From positions 2,004 to 66,003 of the forward strand of contig CANHKG010000002.1 in assembly GCA_947460455.1 (NCBI GenBank): a stretch of 64,000 nucleotides of DNA, read 5' to 3'. Positions 9,161 through 19,121 of the stretch are shown one piece after another. The number at the start of each line of letters is the position of its first letter. Within the stretch, counting starts at the first letter, position 1. The notes under the pieces were generated by a model that worked only from the letters and a program-made list of their open reading frames with translations, did no database searches and had not been told where the DNA came from. The stretch is from Rhodospirillales bacterium. GTDB lineage: Bacteria > Pseudomonadota > Alphaproteobacteria > Acetobacterales > Acetobacteraceae. The translations under genes and the position numbers were made by a program.

Positions 9161-10564
9161 ATGGCGAGCGAGCTTTGGCGGATGGATGCGGTGGACCAGG
9201 CGCGGTTGATCCGCACCGGGCGGGCTTCGGCGCGCGAGGCGGTGGCGTCCTCGCTGGCGCGGCTGGACGCTGTGAACCCGTATCTGAATGCCGTGGTGCA
9301 GTTCATGGCCGAGGAGGCGCTGGCGGCGGCGGATGCGGCGGATGCGAAGCAGGCGCGCGGCGAGGTGTTGCCGCCGCTGCATGGCGTTCCCGTTACGATC
9401 AAGGTGAACGTGGACCAGGTGGGCTATGCCACCACCAACGGCGTGGTGGCGTTCAAGGATGCGGTGGCGAAGGAGGATGCGCCGGTGGTGGCGAACCTGC
9501 GCGCGGCGGGCGGCATCATCATCGGGCGGACCAATTTGCCGGCGTTCTCGATGCGGGTGTTCTCTGACAACGCGCTGCACGGGCGGACGTTGAACCCGCT
9601 GGACCCCGCGGTTTCCGCCGGCGGGTCTTCCGGTGGGGCGGGCTCGTCGGTGGCGACGGGCATCGGGGCGATTGCGCATGGCAACGATATCGGCGGCTCC
9701 GTTCGCATTCCGGCGATGTACAACGGGGTGGTGGGGCTGCGGCCGAGCCTGGGGCGGGTGGCGGCGTTCAACCCCAGCCAGCAGGTGGCGCGGCCGTTCG
9801 GCTCCCAGATGATGGCGGTGCAGGGGCCGCATACGCGCAGTGTGCGCGATTGCCGCGTGGCGCTGGCGGCGATGGCCAAGGGCGATCCGCGCGACACGCG
9901 CTGGGTGGATGCGCCGCTGGAAGGCCCGGCGCTGCCGAAGCGCGTGGCGCTGGTGGTGGAGAACCCCGGCGGCACGCTGCATCCGGCGCAGGCCGAGGCG
10001 GTGCGGACGGCCGGGAAGCATCTGGCGGCGGCGGGGTACGAGGTGGAGGAGGTGTCGCCGCCGAACCTGAACGACATCGTGGAATGCTGGATGGCGATCG
10101 GGGCGAATGAGCTGTTTCCCGCGCTGCTGCCGCGCATGCGCCAGCTGGGCGACCCCGACGGCATCGCCTCCATGGAAACCTGGAACCAGCTGGTGCCGCC
10201 TTCGGGCATGGCGCGGTTCCTGCAAGCGATTGCCGAACGCGACCTGTTCATTTGGCGTTGGCTGGAGTTCATGCAGACCCGGCCGCTGGTGATCCTGCCG
10301 ACGATGGGCAGCCTGGCGCCGGTGCACGGGCTGGACACCACGCTGGAGGGGCAGAAGCAGGTGCTGGACCAGATCCGGGTGAGCCTGATCGCCCCGGTGC
10401 TGGGGCTGCCCTCGCTGGCGGTGCCGGTGGGCTGGGCCGGGCGGCTGCGGCCGGGGGTGCAGATCATGGCGCCGCGGTTCCGCGAGGATCTGTGCCTGGC
10501 GGCCGGCGAGGTGATCGAGGCGGCGGAGGGCGTGGTGGTTCCGGTGGAGCCGTTCCGGGGTTGA
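9161..10564 (+). CDS. Amidase (amidase-signature family)
   Basis: AS-signature ..GGSSGGAGSSVATGIGAIAHGNDIGGSVRIPA.. Start ATG 9161 (MASELWRMDAV). Confidence 0.85.
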   Translation: MASELWRMDAVDQARLIRTGRASAREAVASSLARLDAVNPYLNAVVQFMAEEALAAADAADAKQARGEVLPPLHGVPVTIKVNVDQVGYATTNGVVAFKDAVAKEDAPVVANLRAAGGIIIGRTNLPAFSMRVFSDNALHGRTLNPLDPAVSAGGSSGGAGSSVATGIGAIAHGNDIGGSVRIPAMYNGVVGLRPSLGRVAAFNPSQQVARPFGSQMMAVQGPHTRSVRDCRVALAAMAKGDPRDTRWVDAPLEGPALPKRVALVVENPGGTLHPAQAEAVRTAGKHLAAAGYEVEEVSPPNLNDIVECWMAIGANELFPALLPRMRQLGDPDGIASMETWNQLVPPSGMARFLQAIAERDLFIWRWLEFMQTRPLVILPTMGSLAPVHGLDTTLEGQKQVLDQIRVSLIAPVLGLPSLAVPVGWAGRLRPGVQIMAPRFREDLCLAAGEVIEAAEGVVVPVEPFRG

Positions 10565-10744
10565 TCGCGCTGCGCGCCAGCGCCGGGCTGCCTTGAAACG
10601 GTTGCATGGCGCGGCCATGTGCCAAGGCCTCAGGGGAGGAAATCGGCGCCGGCCTCAGGGCGGCCCCGGCAACATGGAGAGCGGGGCCATGGAGATCGCC
10701 GTGGGCGGCGCGTGCCGGCCGGCCAGCCGGGCTGTTGGGTGGCG

Positions 10745-13564
10745 ATGACGGCCAGCCTGCTTCTGATCGTGCTCCTGGCGCCCTTCCTGGGCGCGCCGGC
10801 GATGCTGCTGTTGCAGCGTGGGCACCGGCGCTGGGCGGCGTGGGGCGCGGCGGCCGTGATGGCGGCGGCGCTTGGCGTGCTCGCGCCGCTGGTGCCGCGC
10901 GTGCTGGCCGGCGAGGTGCTGGTGGCGCGCTGGGCCTGGCTGCCGGAATGGGGTCTGGATGTCGCGCTGCGGCTGGATGGGCTCGGCCTGCTGTTCTGTG
11001 GGCTGATCCTGGGGATCGGCCTGCTGGTTGTGCTCTACGCCGCCTATTACCTGCCGGACGAGGACAGGCTGGGGCGGTTCTATGCCATGCTGCTGGCCTT
11101 CGCCGGCGGCATGCTGGGCGTGGTGCTGGCCGAGAACCTGCTGCTGCTGGTGGTGTTCTGGGAGGTGACGAGCCTTAGTTCCTTCCTGCTGATTGCCTAC
11201 AAATACGAGGCGCGCGAGGCGCGTGTGGCGGCGCGGATGGCGCTGGCTGTCACCGGGGGTGGCGGGCTGGCGCTGCTGGCCGGGGTGCTGCTGCTGGGGC
11301 AGGTGGCGGGCAGTTTCGAGCTGAGCGAGGTGCTGGCGCGCGGTGATGTGGTGCGGGCCGATCCGCTCTACCCCGTGATCCTGGGGCTGGTGCTGCTGGG
11401 CGCCTTCACCAAGTCGGCGCAGTTTCCGTTCCACGCCTGGCTGCCGGCGGCGATGGCGGCCCCCACGCCGGTGAGCGCCTATCTGCATTCCGCCACCATG
11501 GTGAAGGCCGGCGTGTTCCTGCTGGCGCGGCTGTATCCGGTGCTGGCCGATACCGGGTTGTGGATGGTGGTGGTGGGCGGCGTGGGCGCGCTGACCTTTG
11601 TCTATGGCGCCTACCTGGCGATGCTGAAGGACGACCTGAAGGGGTTGCTGGCCTATTCCACCATCAGCCACTTGGGCCTGGTGACGCTGCTGTTCGGCCT
11701 GGGCACGAAGATGGCGGCGGTGGCGGCGGTGTTCCACATCATCAACCACGCGATCTTCAAGGCCTCCCTGTTCATCGCCGCGGGGATCATCGACCACGAG
11801 GCGGGCACGCGCGACATGCGGCGCATGGGCGGGCTGTTCCGCTTCATGCCCTGGACCGGCGCGCTGGCGATGGTGGCGGCCGGCGCGATGGCGGGGGTGC
11901 CGCTGCTGAACGGGTTCCTCTCCAAGGAGATGTTCTTCGCCGAGACGATCGGCCATCCGGCCCTCGGCGGGGCGGCGAGCTACCTGCTGCCGGCCTTTGC
12001 CGTACTGGGGGGCGTGCTGTCGGTGGCGTATTCCGCGCGCTTCGTGCACGAGGTGTTCTTCGGCGCCGTGCCGCGCGACATGCCGCGCACGCCGCATGAG
12101 CCGCCGCCCTGGATGCGCCTGCCGGTGGATGTGCTGGTGGCGCTGGTGCTGCTGGTGGGGCTGCTGCCGCAAGTGATGGTGGGGGCGATCCTGGGCGCCG
12201 CCGCTGCTGCCGTACTGCATGGCGCGGTGCCGCCATTCACGCTGGCGATGTGGCACGGCTTCAATCTTCCGCTGCTGATGAGCGCGGCCGCGTTGGCGGG
12301 CGGGCTGCTGTACTACCGGTGGCGGCACGTGCTGTTCGCGCTGCATGCCTGCCTGCTGCCGCGGCCGGGCAGCACGGTGGCGTTCGAGCGCGTCTATCGC
12401 GCGGCGGAGCTGGGCGCGATACGGGCGATGGCGTGGCTCGACCGGCGTTCGCTGCCGGCCTATCTCGCGCTGTTCCTGGGCTTCGTGCTGGTGCTGGGCC
12501 TGTGGGCGTGGCGGGGCGGGGCGCCGGCCGCGCTGGCGGGGCCGCTGGGCTGGGGCGAGCTGGACCTGCTGACGGGGTTCGGGCTGCTGGTGCTGGTGGT
12601 GGGTGCCGGCGGCACGGTGCTGCTGCATCGCCGGCCGCTGCCGGCGCTGATGTTCCTGAGCCTGGCGGGGCTGATGGTGTCCTTGGGGTTCCTGCGCTTC
12701 GCCGCACCTGACCTCGCGTTGACGCAGCTTTCGGTGGAGGTGGTGTCGATCGTGCTGCTGCTGCTGGCGCTGCGCTACCTGCCGCAGCTGGCCGCCGCCG
12801 AGAGCGGGGCGGCGCGGCGCTGGCGCGATGCGGTGCTGGCGGGGCTGGGCGGGCTCGGCGTGGCCGGCCTGACCTTCGCCATGCTGACCCGGCCGTTCGA
12901 GACGATTTCCGGCTGGCAGATTTCGCACTCCGTGCCGGGCGGCGGCGGCACCAACGTGGTGAACGTGATCCTGGTGGATATCCGCGGCTTCGACACGATG
13001 GGCGAGATCGCCGTGCTGGCCATGGCGGCGCTGGGGCTGCATGCGCTGCTGCAGGGGCTGCGGCTGCCGCCGGCCGCGGGCGTGGCGTCGGCGGGTGAGG
13101 GCGAGCCCATGCCGGTGATGCTGGCGATGCTGATGCGCCCGTTGCTGCCGCTGGCGCTGGTGGTTTCGGTCTATATCTTCCTGCGCGGCCACAACCTGCC
13201 GGGCGGTGGCTTCATCGCCGGGCTGGTGACGGCGATTGCGCTGATGCTGCAATACGTGGCCGGCGGGATCGACTTCGCGCGGGCGCGGCTGCGTGTGAAC
13301 TATGTGCGGATGCTGGGCGCGGGGCTGGGCGTGGCGGTGGCGACCGGGCTGGGCAGCTGGGTGTTCGGGCGGCCGTTCCTGACCAGCACGCATGGCTACG
13401 TGGATCCGCCGCTGCTGGAGAAGTTCGAGCTTGCCTCGGCCATGGGCTTCGACCTCGGCGTGTACCTGGTGGTGGTGGGCACGGTGATGCTGTGCCTGAC
13501 CGAGCTGGGCGCGATGAGCCAACGCGAGGCTGCGGCCCCGCGCCCTGGCCAGGCGGAGGGCTAG
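10745..13564 (+). CDS. mrpA: Monovalent cation/H+ antiporter subunit A (fused MrpA/B, PhaAB-type)
   Basis: 939 aa polytopic protein with NuoL-like motifs (..WEVTSLSSFLLI.., ..AYSTISHLG..) plus the C-terminal MrpB-like extension. First gene of the A-C-D-E-F-G series. Confidence 0.85.
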   Translation: MTASLLLIVLLAPFLGAPAMLLLQRGHRRWAAWGAAAVMAAALGVLAPLVPRVLAGEVLVARWAWLPEWGLDVALRLDGLGLLFCGLILGIGLLVVLYAAYYLPDEDRLGRFYAMLLAFAGGMLGVVLAENLLLLVVFWEVTSLSSFLLIAYKYEAREARVAARMALAVTGGGGLALLAGVLLLGQVAGSFELSEVLARGDVVRADPLYPVILGLVLLGAFTKSAQFPFHAWLPAAMAAPTPVSAYLHSATMVKAGVFLLARLYPVLADTGLWMVVVGGVGALTFVYGAYLAMLKDDLKGLLAYSTISHLGLVTLLFGLGTKMAAVAAVFHIINHAIFKASLFIAAGIIDHEAGTRDMRRMGGLFRFMPWTGALAMVAAGAMAGVPLLNGFLSKEMFFAETIGHPALGGAASYLLPAFAVLGGVLSVAYSARFVHEVFFGAVPRDMPRTPHEPPPWMRLPVDVLVALVLLVGLLPQVMVGAILGAAAAAVLHGAVPPFTLAMWHGFNLPLLMSAAALAGGLLYYRWRHVLFALHACLLPRPGSTVAFERVYRAAELGAIRAMAWLDRRSLPAYLALFLGFVLVLGLWAWRGGAPAALAGPLGWGELDLLTGFGLLVLVVGAGGTVLLHRRPLPALMFLSLAGLMVSLGFLRFAAPDLALTQLSVEVVSIVLLLLALRYLPQLAAAESGAARRWRDAVLAGLGGLGVAGLTFAMLTRPFETISGWQISHSVPGGGGTNVVNVILVDIRGFDTMGEIAVLAMAALGLHALLQGLRLPPAAGVASAGEGEPMPVMLAMLMRPLLPLALVVSVYIFLRGHNLPGGGFIAGLVTAIALMLQYVAGGIDFARARLRVNYVRMLGAGLGVAVATGLGSWVFGRPFLTSTHGYVDPPLLEKFELASAMGFDLGVYLVVVGTVMLCLTELGAMSQREAAAPRPGQAEG

Positions 13565-13567
13565 GCG

Positions 13568-13909
13568 GTGGCGCTGGTTATCTCGATGGCGGTGGGGCTG
13601 CTGGCTGCCTGCGGCATCTACCTGCTGTTGCGCCCGCGCATCTTCAGCGTGATCCTGGGGCTGACGCTGCTCTCCTACGCCGTGAACGCGCTGATCTTCC
13701 TGGGTGGTCGGCTGGGTGCCACCGCGGCGCCGCTGGCCCTGCCGGGGGCGCGTGGGTTGTCTGACCCTCTGCCGCAGGCGCTGGTGCTGACGGCGATCGT
13801 GATCGGCTTCGGCATGACCGCGTATCTGGTGGCGCTGGCATTGCGCGCGCGGGCGGAAACCGGGACCGACCATGTGGATGGCGCCGATGGGCCGGAGGGC
13901 GAGCGGTGA
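13568..13909 (+). CDS. mrpC: Cation/H+ antiporter subunit C
   Basis: 113 aa, 3 TM, NuoK-like. GTG start 4 nt after the mrpA stop. Confidence 0.8.
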   Translation: MALVISMAVGLLAACGIYLLLRPRIFSVILGLTLLSYAVNALIFLGGRLGATAAPLALPGARGLSDPLPQALVLTAIVIGFGMTAYLVALALRARAETGTDHVDGADGPEGER

Positions 13910-15417
13910 TCCACGCCGTGATCCTGCCGATCCTGCTGCCGCTGGTGGCGGCGGTGGCCATGCTGCTGCGGCCGGCGGCGGGGCGGCCGCTGGCGGTGCT
14001 GTCGGTGGTGGCGCAGGTGGGGCTGGCCGCGGTGCTGCTGGGGCTGGCCGGGGACGATGCGGTGCGCGTGTATCGCCTGGGTGATTGGCCGGCGCCGTAC
14101 GGGATCGTGCTGGTGCTCGACCGGCTGGCGGCGATGATGCTGGCGGTCACGGCGGTGCTGGGCCTTGCGGCGCTGCTGTACGCGATCGGCGGCAACGACC
14201 GGGAGGGGCGGCATTTCCATCCGCTGTTCCAAATGCAGCTGGCCGGGCTGAACGGTGCGTTCCTGACCGGGGACGTGTTCAACCTGTTCGTGTTCTTCGA
14301 GATCCTGCTGCTCGCCTCCTACGGGTTGCTGCTGCATGGCGGCGGGGCGGCGCGGGCGCGGGCGGGCATCGGCTATGTGGTGCTGAACCTGGTGGGCTCG
14401 GCGCTGTTCCTGATTTCGCTGGGGCTGGTGTACGGCACGCTCGGCACGCTGAACCTGGCCGATATCGCGCTGGTGCTGCCCGGCGTGCCGGTGGCGGACC
14501 AGGCGCTGGTGCGCACGGCCGCTGCACTGATGGTGGCGGTGTTCCTGCTGAAGGCGGCGCTGCTGCCGCTGTCGTTCTGGTTGCCGCATGTCTATGCCGC
14601 GGCGGGGGTGCCGGTGGCGGCGCTGTTCGCGGTGATGACCAAGGTGGGCGTGTATGCGCTGCTGCGGGTGGAGGCGATCGGCTTCGCGGGCGCGCCGGCC
14701 ACATCGGGGTTGCTGCAGCCCTGGCTGCCGGTGCTGGCGCTGTTGACCATCGTGGCCGGCACGATCGGCGCCCTGGCGGCGCGGCGGCTGGCCGGGGTGG
14801 TGGCCAACCTGGTGCTGGTCTCCACCGGAACGCTTTTGGCCGCGGTGGCGGCGGGTGGGGCCACGGCGACGGCGGCGGCGCTTTTCTACCTGCCGCACAC
14901 CACGCTGGTGACCGGGGGCATGTTCCTGCTGGCCGGGCATCTGGCGCGCGGGCGCGGCGCGATGGGGGATGCGATCGACAACGGGCCCAGGGTGCCGGGC
15001 GCGTTGCTGCTGGGCGGGGCGTTCCTGGTGCTGGGCGTGGCGGCCACCGGCGTGCCGCCGCTGTCGGGCTTCCTGGCCAAGGTGATGGTGCTGCAGGCGC
15101 TTGGCGGCACACCGCTTGGGCCGTGGCTGTGGGCCGGGATTCTCGCATCCGGCCTGGTGATGGCGCTGGTGCTGGCCCGTGCGGCGAGCGCTTTCTTCTG
15201 GGAGGCGGGGGATGCTGCTCCCCCTGGTGCGCCGGTGCCGCGGCGGATGGTGTTCGCGCTGCTGCTGCTGGCCGCGTCTGGGCCGGTGCTGGCGCTGGCC
15301 GCCGCCCCGGTGGCCGCCTATGCCCGCGCGGCGGCGGAGCAGCTGCATGCCCGCCAGCCCTATATCGAGGCGGTGCTGGGCGCGCGGCCGGACGTGCAGC
15401 GGGAGACCAGGCCATGA
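13906..15417 (+). CDS. mrpD: Cation/H+ antiporter subunit D
   Basis: 503 aa NuoN/M-like polytopic protein. GTGA overlap with mrpC. Confidence 0.85.
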   Translation: MIHAVILPILLPLVAAVAMLLRPAAGRPLAVLSVVAQVGLAAVLLGLAGDDAVRVYRLGDWPAPYGIVLVLDRLAAMMLAVTAVLGLAALLYAIGGNDREGRHFHPLFQMQLAGLNGAFLTGDVFNLFVFFEILLLASYGLLLHGGGAARARAGIGYVVLNLVGSALFLISLGLVYGTLGTLNLADIALVLPGVPVADQALVRTAAALMVAVFLLKAALLPLSFWLPHVYAAAGVPVAALFAVMTKVGVYALLRVEAIGFAGAPATSGLLQPWLPVLALLTIVAGTIGALAARRLAGVVANLVLVSTGTLLAAVAAGGATATAAALFYLPHTTLVTGGMFLLAGHLARGRGAMGDAIDNGPRVPGALLLGGAFLVLGVAATGVPPLSGFLAKVMVLQALGGTPLGPWLWAGILASGLVMALVLARAASAFFWEAGDAAPPGAPVPRRMVFALLLLAASGPVLALAAAPVAAYARAAAEQLHARQPYIEAVLGARPDVQRETRP

Positions 15418-15902
15418 GCCGGATGCTGCCGCAGCCTCTCGTCTCGCTGATGATCCTGGCGCTGTGGATCGCGATCGCCCCGGCGCCGAGCCTGGGGCAG
15501 GTGGTGCTGGGCGGGGTGGTTGCGCTGGCGATCCCGTGGTTCACGCATCCGTTCTGGCCGGATCCGCCGCGGCTGGTGCGGCCCGGGGTGGCGGCGGTGC
15601 TGTTCCTGCGCGTGATGTGGGACATCGTTGTGGCCAACGTGGAGGTGGCACGGCTGGTGCTGGGGCCGGCCGACCGGCTGCACCCGGTGTTCATCGAGCT
15701 GCCGCTGGAGATCGAGGACCCGTTCGTGGCGACGATCCTGGCCAGCATCATCACGCTGACCCCCGGCACGCTTTCAGTCGACATCGACAGCGGGCAGCAC
15801 GTGCTGCTGGTGCATGCGCTGGACGTGACCGACATTCCCGCCACCATCGAGACCATCAAGCGCCGCTACGAGGCCCCGCTGAAGGAGATCTTCGGATGCT
15901 GA
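15414..15902 (+). CDS. mrpE: Cation/H+ antiporter subunit E
   Basis: 162 aa. ATGA overlap with mrpD. ..TLTPGTLSVD.. is typical of MnhE. Confidence 0.8.
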   Translation: MSRMLPQPLVSLMILALWIAIAPAPSLGQVVLGGVVALAIPWFTHPFWPDPPRLVRPGVAAVLFLRVMWDIVVANVEVARLVLGPADRLHPVFIELPLEIEDPFVATILASIITLTPGTLSVDIDSGQHVLLVHALDVTDIPATIETIKRRYEAPLKEIFGC

Positions 15903-16165
15903 CCGTGGCCCTGCATGCGGCACTGGCGATGGTGGTGGTGGCGATGGCGCTGACCGTGGTCCGGCTGGTGCGCGGGCCGCAGGCGGCGGACCGGATCCTG
16001 GCGCTGGACACGCTCTCGATCAACGCGATCGCGCTGCTGCTGCTGGCCGGGATGCTGCTGTCTGGCGCCGTGCTGTTCGAGGCGGCGCTGCTGATCGCCA
16101 TGACCGGCTTTGTTTCCACCGCGGCGCTGTGCCGGTTCCTGCTGCGCGGCGACGTGATCGGATGA
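15896..16165 (+). CDS. mrpF: Cation/H+ antiporter subunit F
   Basis: 89 aa, 3 TM. ..RGPQAADRILALDTL.. is an MnhF-type motif. Overlaps mrpE by 7 nt. Confidence 0.8.
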   Translation: MLTVALHAALAMVVVAMALTVVRLVRGPQAADRILALDTLSINAIALLLLAGMLLSGAVLFEAALLIAMTGFVSTAALCRFLLRGDVIG

Positions 16166-16467
16166 TGGCGATGCTGATCGAGATCATCGCTTCGCTGCTG
16201 GTGCTGCTGGGCGGCGCGTTCACGCTGGTGGGGTCGGTGGGGCTGGTGCGGCTGCCGGATTTCTTCACCCGGCTGCACGCGCCCACCAAGGCCACCACGC
16301 TGGGGGTGGGTGGCATCGTGGCCGCCGGGCTGGTGCAATCGGCCGCGGCCGGCACGATGGGGCTGCGCGAACTGGCGATCGCGCTGTTCCTGTTCATCAC
16401 CGCGCCGGTGAGCGCGCATCTGCTGTCGAAGGCCGTGCTCCGGCACCGCGATCCGCCCGGCAGCTGA
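16162..16467 (+). CDS. mrpG: Cation/H+ antiporter subunit G
   Basis: 101 aa. ..GLVRLPDFFTRLHAPTKATTLG.. is an MnhG motif. ATGA overlap with mrpF. Confidence 0.8.
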   Translation: MMAMLIEIIASLLVLLGGAFTLVGSVGLVRLPDFFTRLHAPTKATTLGVGGIVAAGLVQSAAAGTMGLRELAIALFLFITAPVSAHLLSKAVLRHRDPPGS

Positions 16468-16488
16468 ACTGCCACCGGGCGGGATGGG

Positions 16489-17478
16489 CTAGCGGGCGCC
16501 GAGGCCGAGCTTCTGGATCAGGTCCTGCTGCTCGGCGATCTGCTCCATGGCAAACTTCCGGTAGTCTTCGCTGTCCTTGTAGATGAAGGGCTGCGACAGC
16601 TCCTCCAGCACCTTGCGGTGCATGGGTTCCTCCATGCCTTTCTTGAAGGCATCGTGCAGGATCTTCATGACCTGCGGGTTGATCCCCTTCGGCCCGGCAA
16701 TGCCGTAGGGCGAGGTGGAGATGATGCGCTGGCCGGTTTCCACCAGCGTGGGAACAGTGGGGAAGCGCGGCGAGCGCTCCGGCGTCCACATCACCAGCAT
16801 CCGTACCTCGCCGGCATCCACCAGCGGGCCGAGGCCGGCGCCGGAGGCGGAGGCTTCCACGTGGCCGCCGAGCAGGGCGGCGGTGGCCTCAGCCTCGCCG
16901 CGGAACGGCACCTGGGTCCACTTGATGCCTTCCTGCAGCGCCACCTGTTCCATGGTGATGTGCAGCGTGGTGCCGGCGCCGGGGGTGGAATAGCGGATCT
17001 TGCCGGGGTTCGCCTTGGCGTAGGCGAGGAATTCCTGCCAGGTCTTCCAGGGCGAATCCGCCTTCACCGCGGTGCCGAACGTGTAGCCGGTGACATGGAT
17101 GACGTAGGAGAAATCCGTCTTCGGGTCGAACGACACCTTCTGCATGTAGGGCAGGCGGAACATGGTGATGGGTAGCTGCGCCAGCGTGTAGCCGTCTGGC
17201 CGGGCGGTGGCGGCCATGGTGGCGCCGCCGAGCGTGCCGGAGGCGCCGGGCTTGTTGTCGATGATGATCTGCTGGCCAAGGTGCTTGCTGGTCGCCTCCG
17301 CCAGCACGCGCAAATGCCGGTCTGTGGCGCCGCCGGCGGGCCAGGGCACGATCAGCGTTACCGGCCTGTTGGGAAAGCTCCCCTGTGCGCGTGCCTTGCG
17401 GGCCGGCAGCACCGATGCCGCCGCCAGAAGACCGAGACCTAATCCTCGCCGCGTTGTCCGCTTTACGTTCACGCGCAT
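16489..17478 (-). CDS. tctC: Tripartite tricarboxylate transporter substrate-binding protein (Bug/TctC family)
   Basis: 329 aa with a signal peptide, then ..FPNRPVTLIVPWPAGGATD.. and ..KPGASGTLG.. Bug-family motifs. Confidence 0.85.
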   Translation of the reverse strand: MRVNVKRTTRRGLGLGLLAAASVLPARKARAQGSFPNRPVTLIVPWPAGGATDRHLRVLAEATSKHLGQQIIIDNKPGASGTLGGATMAATARPDGYTLAQLPITMFRLPYMQKVSFDPKTDFSYVIHVTGYTFGTAVKADSPWKTWQEFLAYAKANPGKIRYSTPGAGTTLHITMEQVALQEGIKWTQVPFRGEAEATAALLGGHVEASASGAGLGPLVDAGEVRMLVMWTPERSPRFPTVPTLVETGQRIISTSPYGIAGPKGINPQVMKILHDAFKKGMEEPMHRKVLEELSQPFIYKDSEDYRKFAMEQIAEQQDLIQKLGLGAR

Positions 17479-17661
17479 CCTCCCATTGAATGTGGCCCGC
17501 GCTTCAGGTGGCGCGGTAGCCTGGTTGCCAGGATATGGTTAAGTGCGGGCCGATGTTCAATTCGTTCCGTACCGTCGCGCCGTTTGAACCCGACCGCCGC
17601 GCGTGATACAGGCCCGACCCCAAGTAGACATCGTTCTTTGCTGCCAGGAGGAAATGCACCC

Positions 17662-18639
17662 ATGCGACCCGCATCGACCCCGCTTGCCCGCCGCACACTG
17701 CTGGGTGCCGCCCTGGCGCTGCCCGCCATCGGTTCCGCCCGCGCCCAGGCCTGGCCGGCCCGGCCGGTGACGCTGATCGTGCCCTGGCCGGCCGGCGGCT
17801 CCACCGACGTTTCGATGCGCGCCATGGCGGAAGCGGCGGCCAAGCATTTGGGCCAGCAGGTGGTGGTGGACAACAAGCCCGGTGCGGCCGGCACGCTGGG
17901 CGGCGCCACCATGGCCGCCACGGCCCGGCCGGACGGCTACACCATCGCGCAGATGCCGATCTCGATGTTCCGCCTGCCCTACATGCAGAAGACGTCGTTC
18001 GATCCGCAGAAGGACTTCACCTACATCTCCAATCTCACCGGCTACACCTTCGGCGTGGTGGTGAAGAAGGATTCGAAGTTCCAGACCTTCAAGGAGCTGA
18101 TCGAGGCCGCGCGCGCCGAGCCGGGCAAGATCACCTATGCAACGCCCGGCGCGGGCACCACGCTGCACATCACCATGGAGCAGATCGCCGCCGCCGCCGG
18201 GGTGAAGTGGACGCAGGTGCCGTTCAAGGGCGGGGCCGAAACCTCGGCCGCCGTGATGGGCGGGCATGTCTCCGCCACCGCCGACAGCACCGGCTGGGGC
18301 CCGCTGGTGGATGCCGGCGAGCTGCGGCTGCTGTGCACCTGGGGCGGCGCGCGGACGAAGAAGTGGCCGAACGTGCCCACGCTGACCGAGTTGGGCTTTC
18401 CGATCGTATCCGACTCGCCGTTCGGCATTGCCGGGCCGCGCAACATGAACCCGGTGGCGGTGCAGAAGCTGGACGAGGCGTTCCGCGCGGCCATGCAGGA
18501 CAAGGCGGTGCTGGACACGCTGGAGAAGTTCGACATGGCGCCGCGCTACATGCCGACGGCGGACTACATCAAGTTCGTGAACGAGACGATCGCCGAGCAG
18601 AAGGTGCTGATCGAGCGCCTCGGCCTGAAGACCTCCTGA
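17662..18639 (+). CDS. tctC: Tripartite tricarboxylate transporter substrate-binding protein (Bug/TctC family), paralog
   Basis: ATG 17662 follows AGGAGGA. ..WPARPVTLIVPWPAGGSTD.., ..KPGAAGTLG.. Divergent from the other tctC. Confidence 0.85.
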   Translation: MRPASTPLARRTLLGAALALPAIGSARAQAWPARPVTLIVPWPAGGSTDVSMRAMAEAAAKHLGQQVVVDNKPGAAGTLGGATMAATARPDGYTIAQMPISMFRLPYMQKTSFDPQKDFTYISNLTGYTFGVVVKKDSKFQTFKELIEAARAEPGKITYATPGAGTTLHITMEQIAAAAGVKWTQVPFKGGAETSAAVMGGHVSATADSTGWGPLVDAGELRLLCTWGGARTKKWPNVPTLTELGFPIVSDSPFGIAGPRNMNPVAVQKLDEAFRAAMQDKAVLDTLEKFDMAPRYMPTADYIKFVNETIAEQKVLIERLGLKTS

Positions 18640-18641
18640 TC

Positions 18642-19112
18642 ATGCGCCTGCGCGCAGACACCTTCACCGCGCTGATCGCGCTGGGCATCTCCGCCTTCAT
18701 CCTGTTGCAGGGGCGCGAGCTGGGGCTGGGCCGACCGAACGACCCGGGGTCGGGCTTCATCCTGTTCTGGACGGGCATCATCATGACCGGGCTTTCGGCC
18801 GTGCTGCTGGTGCAGAGCCTGACGGCGAAGGCGGAGGATTCGTCCGGGCTGGGCGATGCCTTTACCGGGCTGCGCTGGGGCAAGGTGATCTACGTGGTGG
18901 GGCTGATGGTGCTGCATTCGGCGGCGATGGAGTATTTCGGCTTCGTCCTTTCCACCGCGGTGCTGCTGCTGGTGCTGTTCAAGACGGTGGAACCGCAGAC
19001 CTGGCGCGTGGCCATCCTGGGATCGGCGCTGACCACGCTGGGCGCCTGGGGCGTGTTCGTGGCCTGGCTGGGCACGCAAATGCCCGTCGGCTCCCTCTTC
19101 CTGCCGGATTGA
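18642..19112 (+). CDS. tctB: Tripartite tricarboxylate transporter small membrane subunit TctB
   Basis: 156 aa, 4 TM, located immediately between tctC and tctA. Confidence 0.75.
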   Translation: MRLRADTFTALIALGISAFILLQGRELGLGRPNDPGSGFILFWTGIIMTGLSAVLLVQSLTAKAEDSSGLGDAFTGLRWGKVIYVVGLMVLHSAAMEYFGFVLSTAVLLLVLFKTVEPQTWRVAILGSALTTLGAWGVFVAWLGTQMPVGSLFLPD

Positions 19113-19121
19113 GTGCACGCC

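Noticed and set aside
10655-13873. 1072-aa minus-strand ORF antisense to mrpA/mrpC
   Set aside because: It has an extreme R/Q/H/P composition and no motifs. It lies opposite a confidently assigned polytopic antiporter gene.
17207-17921. Two ORFs on opposite strands both beginning MAAMVAPPSVP.. looked like a repeat
   Set aside because: They are the antisense reading of the conserved ..KPGA.GTLGGATMAA.. motif shared by the two divergent tctC paralogs. They do not form an independent element.
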